This document shows, piece by piece, positions 9,845 to 19,192 of a stretch of DNA of 53,340 nt. The notes below the pieces were generated by a model. It worked only from the letters and a program-made list of their open reading frames with translations. It was not told where the DNA came from and did no database searches. Position 1 is the stretch's first letter. Each line of letters starts with the position of its first letter. Both the position numbers and the translations under genes were made by a program. This DNA is from Nanobdellota archaeon (GTDB taxonomy: Archaea > Nanobdellota > Nanobdellia > Woesearchaeales > CAZZGN01): contig JBNJDG010000006.1 in assembly GCA_051819665.1 (NCBI GenBank), positions 1-53,340 of the forward strand. The letters are read 5' to 3'.

Positions 9845-10234
9845 TCAATCGAACTCTTTAACTATATCCTCGAAGAGAAGACCTCTCAATTTTACATAAT
9901 CTGTGTTCATGGAGAAGAATTCTTTTGTCTCGTTCATATCCTCAAGAAGCACGAAGAACCATTTATCGAACTTAACAGCTATCCATGCCTGGGCTCCGAA
10001 CATCTCGCTGAATCTCCTTAGTTCTTTAACTTCCCTTTTCGGGATGTATAACTTCGTGCCCTTTACCGTCTTGCATTCGATTACGAGCTTCCTGAGCCTG
10101 TTTCCTGCAATTATATCAGGTGAGGGGTATTTCATCGATCCTGACCCTGCCACTCTTACAGCCGGTATATCCTTATCCCAGAATTTATGCACAAGGTCTC
10201 TTTCAGCCACAGTCCCTTTCCTTTTCTGTGTCAT
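9845..10234 (-). CDS. hjc: Archaeal Holliday junction resolvase
   Basis: KGTVAERDL, VRVAGSG, PDIIAG, IECK (PD-(D/E)xK). Confidence 0.93.
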   Translation of the reverse strand: MTQKRKGTVAERDLVHKFWDKDIPAVRVAGSGSMKYPSPDIIAGNRLRKLVIECKTVKGTKLYIPKREVKELRRFSEMFGAQAWIAVKFDKWFFVLLEDMNETKEFFSMNTDYVKLRGLLFEDIVKEFD

Positions 10235-11406
10235 TTTGCAGCACCTTTGTGCTCTTTCCCGAAGAACCAGTCATTGAACAATGAAGCTACAGTGGAGAGC
10301 ACGATACTGTAAAGCACGAAGAGAAGACTGATGTTCCTGATAGCGTTCATGCCTTCCACATTGGATATTGAAGAGATTATTATGAGTATCACTACAGCTA
10401 CATCTATCCCTTTAGGAACATTGAGAGTCATGAAAAGTTTCTTCCTGAAGTTTATGCCTTTGATGGACATCACGATGGCTATATACCTTATTATCAGGTA
10501 GATTATGAAGAGTGCAGAACCGATGAGGAGCTCTTCGAAAGTCCTGTATTGGGAGTATTTGACTATGACCGTCCCGAGGAGTATGAAAACCAATATCTCC
10601 AGGGTATTTGCAAAGACGCTTGCGAATTTCTCTAGCTCTATTTTATGCTTGATCCGGTGATTCCCGAATATAAGTCCGAATGTAGTCACACCCAGGACTC
10701 CGCTTCCGCTCATCACATCCGAGAGCACATAGACCATTATAGCCGAGGTTATGACCATCAGGTGAGAGAGTTCCTGGAAGAAATTCTTCTTCATCACATG
10801 TACTACAAAGTATCCGAATACTATCCCCACACCTATAGCCACAAAGAACTGCTGGAGGAACATAACGAACTGGCCTGAAAGATCCGCCGTTCCTCCCTTG
10901 ATCATGTCTATCATGACCATCGACAGGATAAGTGTAAGTGGTGTGTTTATTATGGCCTCTATATCAAGCACATTGATGACCCTGTCTTTCTTCTCTTTAA
11001 GTACGGCCAATGAGACAGCAGGATCTATGCCGTACATCAATGCAGAAAATAATAGTGCTATTACAAGCGACATATTGGGGTTGATATCGAAGAAATACAT
11101 GGTTAATGGAGTAAGTATGAGAAGGACCAATCCTAAGAATACTAATGTTAATTTTATGCTCTCTCTGGAATATCTCATCACATTCTTTATATCAAATTTC
11201 GATGTCGAGTCGAAGACCACCATTATAAGAGTGAGCTCGCTTATGGTTATGATCATCTCATTCGAGAAATCCGCGAAGCCGAACAGGCCCATCACCATCC
11301 CTGTAAGGACGAGGAAGAAGACATTGGATACCTTGAGTTTATACGCTATAGCAGAGAATATCGTTCCGAACAGGAGTATTACCGCTATAGAGATTATCTC
11401 TGCCAT
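10231..11406 (-). CDS. Cation:proton antiporter (NhaP/CPA1-like)
   Basis: About 12 hydrophobic helices; IDPA, EAIINTP, SGVL, PKG motifs resembling CPA1 consensus. Confidence 0.8.
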   Translation of the reverse strand: MAEIISIAVILLFGTIFSAIAYKLKVSNVFFLVLTGMVMGLFGFADFSNEMIITISELTLIMVVFDSTSKFDIKNVMRYSRESIKLTLVFLGLVLLILTPLTMYFFDINPNMSLVIALLFSALMYGIDPAVSLAVLKEKKDRVINVLDIEAIINTPLTLILSMVMIDMIKGGTADLSGQFVMFLQQFFVAIGVGIVFGYFVVHVMKKNFFQELSHLMVITSAIMVYVLSDVMSGSGVLGVTTFGLIFGNHRIKHKIELEKFASVFANTLEILVFILLGTVIVKYSQYRTFEELLIGSALFIIYLIIRYIAIVMSIKGINFRKKLFMTLNVPKGIDVAVVILIIISSISNVEGMNAIRNISLLFVLYSIVLSTVASLFNDWFFGKEHKGAAK

Positions 11407-11458
11407 ACAGAAAATCTTGGTGTAATGATTTAAAGCTTTTTTGTTTATTACCTATTCT

Positions 11459-12349
11459 TTATACATTGAACCTGAAAAGATCATATGCGCATTTACTATC
11501 AGGGAAGACATCTTTCGCTTCCTCTTCAAGCGCTTCTGTAGTCTTATACCTACCCGAGAAGTGGCATAATATGAGCCTTCCTGCGTCTCCATTACTCGCT
11601 AAAAGACCTGCCTGTTTTGCGGTCATATGCTTGAATTCCCTTCCTTTATCGGATAATTCTTCGAGGAAAGTTGCTTCACATAACAGGACATCCGCTTCCC
11701 TGGCAAGATTAAGGGCATTATCACATGGTTCTGTATCGAAGACGAAAGATACTTTCTTTCCCTTTTCCATATAACTTACATCATTGGGTTTTATGTTCTT
11801 CCCTTCATGTTTGACCTCCTGGCCGTTCTGTAGCTGTCCGACAATGGGCCCCGGAAGCCCTTCGATCTTCTCTTTCTTCATCCTCCTGGCATCTTTCTCC
11901 CTGAATGCATAACCCATGCATCGGGTTCCATGGCTCAGTTCCCTGGCTTCGATAGTGAAACTGTCATCCTCATAGATAACCCCGTCTGTGCATTCGATAA
12001 TTTCTATCTCCAGCTCGGTATCGTAGATGAATCCTTTGAGCATGTTCTCGAAGAATCTTTTTGAACCTCTCGGCCCGTAGATCTCGATCCTCTTCTCACT
12101 GTCCGTATTACCTATTGTCTGGAGAAGACCCGGCAGGCCCAGGACATGGTCCCCATGCCAGTGGGAGATGAGTATCTTAGATACCTTATTCGGCTTGATG
12201 CCTGCATATTTCATCTGCCTCTGTGTGCCTTCCCCGCAGTCGAACAGGATTCCCTTATCCGCATACTCCAGTAGGATGGATGTAAGGTTCCTCTCTTTCG
12301 TAGGGATCATCGATGCTGTTCCTAACACTGTCCCTCTGATCTTTCCCAT
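11459..12349 (-). CDS. rnz: Ribonuclease Z
   Basis: LGTASMIPTKERN, FDCGEG, HWHGDH, EATF, HMT, HFSGRY. Start moved to ATG 12349. Confidence 0.95.
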   Translation of the reverse strand: MGKIRGTVLGTASMIPTKERNLTSILLEYADKGILFDCGEGTQRQMKYAGIKPNKVSKILISHWHGDHVLGLPGLLQTIGNTDSEKRIEIYGPRGSKRFFENMLKGFIYDTELEIEIIECTDGVIYEDDSFTIEARELSHGTRCMGYAFREKDARRMKKEKIEGLPGPIVGQLQNGQEVKHEGKNIKPNDVSYMEKGKKVSFVFDTEPCDNALNLAREADVLLCEATFLEELSDKGREFKHMTAKQAGLLASNGDAGRLILCHFSGRYKTTEALEEEAKDVFPDSKCAYDLFRFNV

Positions 12350-12442
12350 GAGGATTAGTATGTTCCGGACATTTATATAGGTTATTTTTTGTCTATATGG
12401 AAAATAATTATATTTTAATAATATCATTCTCTCCTTAAAGGC

Positions 12443-12961
12443 ATGATATATTCAGTTTTACAGGATGATGCGGTGATCACAGAGGATAGTGACGATGCGA
12501 GGGACCTTTATAACGAGAGCTCTTTCGGCACCCTCTTCGGCAAAAAGGTCCAGCTGTCGATCTATGAAGCTCTTTACCTTGTCGAGAAGAAGAAATTGTC
12601 AGTGAAGGATGGCAGAGGGAAGGAGTATTCCTTTGACAGGCTCTTCAGGAAGGCTAAGAGGAGGGAGAAGGATTTCTGGGTCAAGTACTGTGTCTTCAGG
12701 GATTTCAGGAACAGGGGCTATGTTATTAAAACAGCCCTCAAGTTCGGTGCTGAGTTCCGCGTTTATGACAGGGGGATCAAACCAGGAGAAGATCATGCTA
12801 AATGGGTGGTCTATCCGGTGCATGAAAGGAGAGAGTTGACCTGGCATGATTTTTCCGCTAAGAATAGGGTAGCGCATTCCACGAAGAAGAGGCTCCTTAT
12901 TGGCATAGTTGATGGTGAGAATGATATTGTCTATTACGAGGTAAGGTGGGTAAGGCCTTAG
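12443..12961 (+). CDS. endA: tRNA-intron endonuclease (single-unit, 172 aa)
   Basis: LSIYEALYL, KTALKFGAEFRVY, EDHA, RVAHSTKK (Tyr/His/Lys triad). Confidence 0.93.
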   Translation: MIYSVLQDDAVITEDSDDARDLYNESSFGTLFGKKVQLSIYEALYLVEKKKLSVKDGRGKEYSFDRLFRKAKRREKDFWVKYCVFRDFRNRGYVIKTALKFGAEFRVYDRGIKPGEDHAKWVVYPVHERRELTWHDFSAKNRVAHSTKKRLLIGIVDGENDIVYYEVRWVRP

Positions 12962-12997
12962 AAAATTATTTAAACCATCCCTGATTCTTCCTTATTG

Positions 12998-14050
12998 ATG
13001 GATAAGAACAAGATAACAGATGTTGTCAGCAGGAAAGGGCCCATGCTTCCTATGCAGTTATCGAAGGAGCTGGGTCTTAATTCTATAATGGCCGGCGCTT
13101 TCCTTTCCGAGCTTGTGGGTAAGAAGGAGATCTTCTGCACTAACCTTAAAGTGGGAGGCTCTCCGCTTTATTATACGAAAGGCCAGGAGAAGAAACTCCT
13201 TGAGTATACGGATTATCTTAAAGCACCTGAGAAGAAAGCTCTCGAACTGCTGAAGGAAAAGAAGGTAGTGAAGGATTCCGAGCTTGACTCTGTAACAAGG
13301 GTTTCCATGCAGAACATAAAGGATTTCGCCAAACCTATAGAGGTGTCGGTAGGCGGTGAGAAACATAATTACTGGAAATGGTTCCTTACTGATAATGAGG
13401 AAGCACAGAGTATCCTTAAAGGCAATTCCGGTTCAGAAGAGAAGAGAAGCGAAACCACTAAGGAAGAGAAGGAAGAAACGACCAAACATGAAGGGAAAGA
13501 GCCTTCTCCCGAAGATAATCCTGAAGAGAAAAAAGAAACGGATGATACTAATACATCTGCAAAACCGGAAAAGGATGTTCAGAAGAGCAGTGGAAAGGCA
13601 GAAGAACAAAAAGCAGAGTCCCAGGGACATGTCCCTGATGAGGGAAGGACATCCCAGGAGCCCCATCAGAAAGAGGATAAGGAGAAGGGACAAGAGAGGA
13701 CAAGTCCCTCTGAAAGTTCCGGTGGTGAGGATAATGAGCTCTCAGGGAAAGTGAAAAGTTTCTTCGACAGTGCAGGTATAGTGGTCCTTTCCCAGAACAT
13801 TGTCCGAGCTTCGGAGATAGAGTATAAGATCCTTATCCCGAGTCCGGTAGGTAAATTGCAATATTATGCTGTCGCTAAATCCAAGAAGAAATGCAGTGAT
13901 TCTGATCTCTCCCAGGCTTATGTAGGTGCCCAGCTTGAACGCCTGCCATGCCTTTTCATCTATACAGGAGAGCTCACGAAGAAAGCGAAGGAGAAACTCA
14001 ACAACGAGTTCAGGATAATTACAACATACAGGATCAAAGATGGGAACTAA
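12998..14050 (+). CDS. Hypothetical protein: N-terminal wHTH-like domain, low-complexity charged linker, C-terminal alpha/beta domain
   Basis: 350-aa ORF overlapping the fen start; linker at about aa 143-247. Confidence 0.75.
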   Translation: MDKNKITDVVSRKGPMLPMQLSKELGLNSIMAGAFLSELVGKKEIFCTNLKVGGSPLYYTKGQEKKLLEYTDYLKAPEKKALELLKEKKVVKDSELDSVTRVSMQNIKDFAKPIEVSVGGEKHNYWKWFLTDNEEAQSILKGNSGSEEKRSETTKEEKEETTKHEGKEPSPEDNPEEKKETDDTNTSAKPEKDVQKSSGKAEEQKAESQGHVPDEGRTSQEPHQKEDKEKGQERTSPSESSGGEDNELSGKVKSFFDSAGIVVLSQNIVRASEIEYKILIPSPVGKLQYYAVAKSKKKCSDSDLSQAYVGAQLERLPCLFIYTGELTKKAKEKLNNEFRIITTYRIKDGN

Positions 14051-15062
14051 CCTGGCTTCACTTCTGGTATCGAAAGAGACTTCTATGGAAGAGTTGAGAG
14101 GAAAAACTCTCGTCGTTGACGGTTATAATATCCTTTACCAGTTCCTCTCTTCTTTGAGGATGAGGGATGGCACGCCTCTCCAGGATTCCAAAGGGAATAT
14201 AACCTCGCATCTTAACGGCCTTTTCCTCAGGTCAGTAAGGATCATGAGTTATGGGATAAAACTTGTTTTCGTCTTTGACGGGAAACACCCTGAGCTTAAG
14301 AGGAAAGAGGTAGAGAGGAGAAAAGAGCTCAAGGAGAAAGCCAAAGAGGAATATAATAAGGCAGCGGAGAAAGAGGATATTGAAGGGATGAAGAAATACT
14401 CGTCAAGGATATCTTCCCTGACCAAGGATATGGTGGAAGAGGCGAAGGAGCTCCTTGATGGTCTGGGAATCCCCTGGGTGCAGGCGCCTACCGAGGGGGA
14501 GGCCCAGGCAGCTCATATGGTGAAGAAAGGAGACTGTGATATGGTTGTGAGCCAGGACACTGATGCTCTCCTTTTTGGTGCTTCCCATGTAGTCAGGAAT
14601 CTTACAATCTCCCAGAAGAAGAAAAAGCAGAACAAACTGTCTTATGATAACATAAAACCGCAGCTTTTTGACCTTTCAGAGAATCTTAACGAGCTGGGCG
14701 TTGATCAGGATCACCTGATAGCATTATCGATGCTTGTCGGTACTGATTTCAACCAAGGGGGTGTCAAGGGCATAGGTCCTAAGAAGGGCCTTAAGATAGT
14801 GAAGAACAATAAGGACAATATAGAGGGCATCTTCAAGGAGGCCGGCTGGAATGGAGAAGTGACCTGGCAGGAGGTATTCTATCTTTTCAAGAACATGCCC
14901 GTGACTGATGATTATTCCCTTGACTGGAAGAAAGCTGACCCTGAGAAAGTCAAGAAAATATTGTGTGAGAGGCATGAATTCTCTACAGAACGTGTCGGGA
15001 AGGATCTTGACAGGATAATCGAGAAGAAGAAACCACAGAAGGGCCTTGGTGAGTTTTTTTAA
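14040..15062 (+). CDS. fen: Flap endonuclease 1
   Basis: DGYNILYQFL, FVFDG, EGEAQAA, SQDTDALLFG, GTDFN..GIGPK; C-terminal PIP box QKGLGEFF. Confidence 0.97.
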   Translation: MGTNLASLLVSKETSMEELRGKTLVVDGYNILYQFLSSLRMRDGTPLQDSKGNITSHLNGLFLRSVRIMSYGIKLVFVFDGKHPELKRKEVERRKELKEKAKEEYNKAAEKEDIEGMKKYSSRISSLTKDMVEEAKELLDGLGIPWVQAPTEGEAQAAHMVKKGDCDMVVSQDTDALLFGASHVVRNLTISQKKKKQNKLSYDNIKPQLFDLSENLNELGVDQDHLIALSMLVGTDFNQGGVKGIGPKKGLKIVKNNKDNIEGIFKEAGWNGEVTWQEVFYLFKNMPVTDDYSLDWKKADPEKVKKILCERHEFSTERVGKDLDRIIEKKKPQKGLGEFF

Positions 15063-15063
15063 T

Positions 15064-15930
15064 ATGGAATGGTTCATATTCGCTATACTTTCTGCAGTCT
15101 TTCTTTCTGCCTATAATATCATCAGGAAAAAAGCCCTCAGGAAGGAACATTCCACAGAACTCCTGGCTTCCATCTTTGTCACGATAGCTGTGATACAGCT
15201 TGTTTACCTCCCGTTCCTTGACTGGCATCTTTCTCTCCGTATCTTTGGCATGATAATCATAAGGTCGGTTCTTGCTTCCCTGGCCTGGCTTCTACTCACG
15301 AAAGCTATACACCATATGGAGCTTTCATCCGTGGCTCCTATGACGAATCTGAGCCCTTTATTCCTGCTTTTCCTGTCTTATATCTTCCTCGGCGAGAGGG
15401 TAAATCTTGTACAGATAATAGGCATCTTCCTTGTGATGGCGGGGGGTTATTTCATCCAGATCCATGACCATTACCTTGATTTTTTCAGGCACATTAAAGA
15501 ATTCAGGAACAAGTATTTCATCTTCACCATAGCTGCAGTTTTCCTTCTTGCATTATCAGCAGTGTTCTCCAAGAAGATCGTTGATTCGATACCTGTAACT
15601 GATTATCTTTTCTTCACGTATCTTTTCTCAGCCCTTTTCTTCCTGGGTATACTCCTTTTCAAGTATGATGGTTTTAAGGACCTCTCAAAGGGCTTAAGGG
15701 ACTCACCTGTATTCGTGCCTGCAGCAGCGGTGGCGCTTATACTTGCTGATTATCTTCATTTCTCGGCTCTCTCTTTGGGCATGGTCACTCTCGTTGTTCC
15801 GATAAGGAGATTATCGACTCTTTTCACTACAATCATCGGAGGAAGGATGTTCCATGAGAATCATCTTGTGCATAAGATCATCTCGACAGTCATTCTTGTA
15901 ACAGGAGCGGCACTTATAATTATGGGTTAG
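15064..15930 (+). CDS. EamA/DMT-family transporter
   Basis: Two repeats of about 5 TM helices, LSYIFLGERV motif. Start set at ATG 15064. Confidence 0.88.
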   Translation: MEWFIFAILSAVFLSAYNIIRKKALRKEHSTELLASIFVTIAVIQLVYLPFLDWHLSLRIFGMIIIRSVLASLAWLLLTKAIHHMELSSVAPMTNLSPLFLLFLSYIFLGERVNLVQIIGIFLVMAGGYFIQIHDHYLDFFRHIKEFRNKYFIFTIAAVFLLALSAVFSKKIVDSIPVTDYLFFTYLFSALFFLGILLFKYDGFKDLSKGLRDSPVFVPAAAVALILADYLHFSALSLGMVTLVVPIRRLSTLFTTIIGGRMFHENHLVHKIISTVILVTGAALIIMG

Positions 15931-16474
15931 GTTCCCTGAATTTCATCATCCATTCATCGAATCTCCTGACCTTATGCTCTCCCTTTCTCCTCAGGCTTTC
16001 CCTTATGAGCTTGATAGGTTTCTCCTCATTCAGGTAAAGCTTCTTCGAATAGAATTTATCTGCAAAAGTTATAATCTCCTCTTCAATCGTCTCTGGTTTC
16101 ATATCCCTTTCAGGAAGAGGCAGTTGCTGTTCTCTGATATCCTCTTTTGTGAGGCCTATCCCGAGATGCCTCTCACAGACAAGAGCATGTTCAGGCAGGC
16201 CTTCTTTTTCCAGGATCTCCCTCCCGAGAATACCGTGTTTTATGTAAGGCTCTTCGCCATGGCATCCTATCTGTTCCGCATCAGTCCTGATAGCACCTAT
16301 ATCATGGAGGAGGGCAGCTTCATATATGAAATTCTTATCAGGATTTAGGTCTTTTACTCTTTCAGCAACTTCCAGGGCTTTCTCTGCAACTTTCCTTCCG
16401 TGAGTCAGGACATAATGATAAGCTTCCGTGCCTTCATAATACTTACTTAATATCTCTTCAGGATCCATATTCAT
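15920..16474 (-). CDS. HDIG/HD-domain phosphohydrolase
   Basis: H...ALLHDIG, HGILG, ERH, ADKF. Confidence 0.88.
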   Translation of the reverse strand: MNMDPEEILSKYYEGTEAYHYVLTHGRKVAEKALEVAERVKDLNPDKNFIYEAALLHDIGAIRTDAEQIGCHGEEPYIKHGILGREILEKEGLPEHALVCERHLGIGLTKEDIREQQLPLPERDMKPETIEEEIITFADKFYSKKLYLNEEKPIKLIRESLRRKGEHKVRRFDEWMMKFREPNP

Positions 16475-16541
16475 AGATGATTCAGGCTCTCTTTATCTAT
16501 TTTGCCAAATATTTTTAAAACGATACACTATACCTATCTTT

Positions 16542-17555
16542 ATGCATGTTGTCAGGGCAAGACTCAGGGATGCTGAAAAGGTCAAGAGGCAGATCATAAA
16601 ACAGGATCTGTTCGATAAGGACCATAAGATCTTCAAGGATGACAGTTATATCTATTTCCCCCTGAAAGAGAAAGTTTCCTTAGATGGTGTAGAGGAAGTC
16701 AATATAGAGATGCCTAAGGCTCCGAAGGAGAATACACTATCGGATATACTTAAAGAGAGGCTTTCGGAAGACGAGCTTGAGAAGGTGAAGACTGCCTTCG
16801 ATACTATAGGGGATATAGCAATACTCGAGATAGATGATGATTTGAAAGATAAGGAAGGATTGATAGCTGAAGCTCTCCTCAGATGCCAGAAGAACATAAA
16901 TACTGTTGTTAAGAAAGCGGGCATCCATGACGGCACCTATAGGGTGCAACCGGTAAAGCATCTTGCCGGAGAGAAGAAGACAGTGACTGTCCATAAGGAG
17001 AACAATGCAAGGATAAAGGTTGATGTGAATACGGTATATTTCTCTCCGAGGCTTTCCACTGAGAGGAAAAGGATAACTCACGAAGTTGGAAAAGGTGAAG
17101 AGATCCTTGTGATGTTTTCCGGAGCAGCCCCTTATCCATGCGTCCTTGCCAGGAATACCGAAGCTAAGTCTATAACAGGAGTCGAGATAAACCCTGAGGG
17201 GCATGAATATGGTCTTGAGAATATCAGGCTCAATAAGCTGAAGAATGTCACCCTTTACAATGATGATGTGAATAATATCGTTCCGAAGCTTGGGAAATTC
17301 GATCGCATCCTCATGCCTCTCCCTAAATCTGCCGAGGATTTCCTTGATACAGCTCTCTCAGCTTCTAAACACGGAACAGTAGTCCATTTCTATGATTTCC
17401 TTCATATTGATGATTTTCACAAGGCTGAAGAGAAAGTTGCTGAAGCCTGCAGGGGGAAAGATCTTTCTTATGAGAAGCTTTCCCTGACTAAGTGTGGACA
17501 GCACGCACCAAGGACATTCAGGGTCTGCCTTGATTTCAGAGTATCAACAGGATGA
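16542..17555 (+). CDS. trm5: Trm5-family tRNA G37 methyltransferase (Met-10+/class I SAM)
   Basis: FDTIGDIAI, HKEN, YFSPRLSTER, MFSGAAPY, EINP, DRILMPLPK, HFYDF. Confidence 0.85.
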   Translation: MHVVRARLRDAEKVKRQIIKQDLFDKDHKIFKDDSYIYFPLKEKVSLDGVEEVNIEMPKAPKENTLSDILKERLSEDELEKVKTAFDTIGDIAILEIDDDLKDKEGLIAEALLRCQKNINTVVKKAGIHDGTYRVQPVKHLAGEKKTVTVHKENNARIKVDVNTVYFSPRLSTERKRITHEVGKGEEILVMFSGAAPYPCVLARNTEAKSITGVEINPEGHEYGLENIRLNKLKNVTLYNDDVNNIVPKLGKFDRILMPLPKSAEDFLDTALSASKHGTVVHFYDFLHIDDFHKAEEKVAEACRGKDLSYEKLSLTKCGQHAPRTFRVCLDFRVSTG

Positions 17556-17664
17556 TAATCAGGGTCATCAATCCTAAAGTTGTGTGGTCCCTCTTTTTCT
17601 CTTCCGGAGGATGCCTGTAGATATTGAGCTTATGTTCTACGATCCTCCTGTCGTAAGGTATCAT
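17536..17664 (-). CDS. Putative 42-aa tail-anchored membrane microprotein
   Basis: MIPYDRRIVEHKLNIYRHPPEEKKRDHTTLGLMTLIIILLIL*, with SD-like GAAGGAG just upstream; below the ORF-track cutoff. Confidence 0.5.
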   Translation of the reverse strand: MIPYDRRIVEHKLNIYRHPPEEKKRDHTTLGLMTLIIILLIL

Positions 17665-17743
17665 TTAGCTCCTTCAAAGCTTTAACAAGTTGTATTTAAT
17701 ATTAACGGTAAGTTTATTAAATGAGGACACATATCATATACCT

Positions 17744-17813
17744 GCATGCGATGATTAAGTGAACACCCACTGAGCTTCCGGCTATGATGAACGGATGTAA
17801 CTTATGAGCATGC
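17744..17813 (+). ncRNA. Box C/D guide sRNA
   Basis: Terminal stem GCATGC/GCATGC; box C ATGATTA 17751-57; 12-nt guide; D' CTGA 17770-73; C' ATGATGA 17784-90; 13-nt guide; box D ATGA 17804-07; TATA-like TTTATTAA at 17713-20 and a T-tract immediately downstream. Confidence 0.82.
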
Positions 17814-17832
17814 TCTTTTTTGGTTGATTTTT

Positions 17833-18255
17833 ATGGTAATAGTAAGACCTTATCAGAATAAGGACCACGAACAGTATAAAAGGATAATGGAAGCGGTAGG
17901 GCTTAATTGGAAGTCGCTCCAGACGAAAGAGGCCCTTGAAGAGAAAGTGGAAGATGATCCGGGGTCAGTCATTGTTGCAGAAGAGAACAAACTGGTCGGG
18001 GCAGTGAACACATACTGTAACCCTTCTTTATCATCCATTTATTTTTTAGCTGTCGACCCTTCATGGCAGGGTAAAGGGATAGGTAAGAGGCTTCTCAAGA
18101 GTGCGGAAGAACATATATATTCGCATGGATGGAAAAACAATAATATCCAGCTTTTTGTGAACGGGCCGGATATAAAGGAACTCGAAGGATTCTATAGGAA
18201 AGCGGGTTATATGAAGACTAACCATGCATACATGTTCTTAAAACATAAACTATAA
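17833..18255 (+). CDS. GNAT-family N-acetyltransferase
   Basis: LAVDPSWQGKGIGKRLL acetyl-CoA motif, FYRKAGY. Confidence 0.9.
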   Translation: MVIVRPYQNKDHEQYKRIMEAVGLNWKSLQTKEALEEKVEDDPGSVIVAEENKLVGAVNTYCNPSLSSIYFLAVDPSWQGKGIGKRLLKSAEEHIYSHGWKNNNIQLFVNGPDIKELEGFYRKAGYMKTNHAYMFLKHKL

Positions 18256-18280
18256 ATTCAACAAGAAATTATCTTGTATT

Positions 18281-19192
18281 ATGGACATACTTGAAAGGAA
18301 GCTTCAGCTCATGGAACGTACAGGTTATTCTCCCAGTCGTTATTATAAGGAGGATATCCATAATGAGGAAAACAAGCTTGAGGACAGGACAGAGAGCGCT
18401 GAATGGGTAGTGCAGCAGGAATCTTATAAGCTTGACGAGGAGATAATGAGATCAATCGAGATGGTTTATGATAATCTTTTTTCTTCACTGGATGACGCTG
18501 AAAAGGCCCTTGATAATGCCCATCGTCTGGCCAAGGATTATGATCCTGAAAGACTCAGGGACATAAGAGCGGGAGCTTCGATGATCCTTCATCGTTTCAG
18601 GGAAGGCCTTACTTTCCGTGGCGGGCTTGATAATGTTCTGAGTGATTATTCAAGGGCCAGATCAATCGTGGACAGGTACGGGCTCCCGGAAAAAGAGACA
18701 GAATCCTTCAGGAACAGGATATTTACGAGGCTCTACACGAAGGGATTTTCATTTCTTGATAAAGGTGATGTAGATAATGCCTGCTCTGTCTGTGATGACC
18801 TGAGAGAATATGAAGGGAGATTGTCCGGCAACAGCAGATTCAGCGATTCTCTTGCCGGCTATACGATCACACATATTGCTTCTGAAGGGATGCGTGACCT
18901 TGAAGAGGGCAGATTGAGACAAGCGGAAGATTCTTATTTAAAAGCAATGAAGATCTCCACACAATTCAGGGTGAATGTTTCGGGACTTTACAGGCTTGGT
19001 CTTAATGTCCTGAACAAACATATCTCTCATTGCTATGAGAATCACAATAAAGGTTATAAATCAGAGGCATTGAACAGCTATGCGAATGCTGTGATCTTAT
19101 CAAGGCAGCTTCCCTATAATACAAAAGGGGCTATTTTGAGACTTGAAGGTGAACTGGATATATGGGAAAACAATATTCAAAGAAAGACATAA
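18281..19192 (+). CDS. Hypothetical all-helical protein (possibly TPR-like)
   Basis: 303-aa ORF filling the space between co-directional genes; helical A..xY..A patterns; no family recognised. Confidence 0.6.
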   Translation: MDILERKLQLMERTGYSPSRYYKEDIHNEENKLEDRTESAEWVVQQESYKLDEEIMRSIEMVYDNLFSSLDDAEKALDNAHRLAKDYDPERLRDIRAGASMILHRFREGLTFRGGLDNVLSDYSRARSIVDRYGLPEKETESFRNRIFTRLYTKGFSFLDKGDVDNACSVCDDLREYEGRLSGNSRFSDSLAGYTITHIASEGMRDLEEGRLRQAEDSYLKAMKISTQFRVNVSGLYRLGLNVLNKHISHCYENHNKGYKSEALNSYANAVILSRQLPYNTKGAILRLEGELDIWENNIQRKT

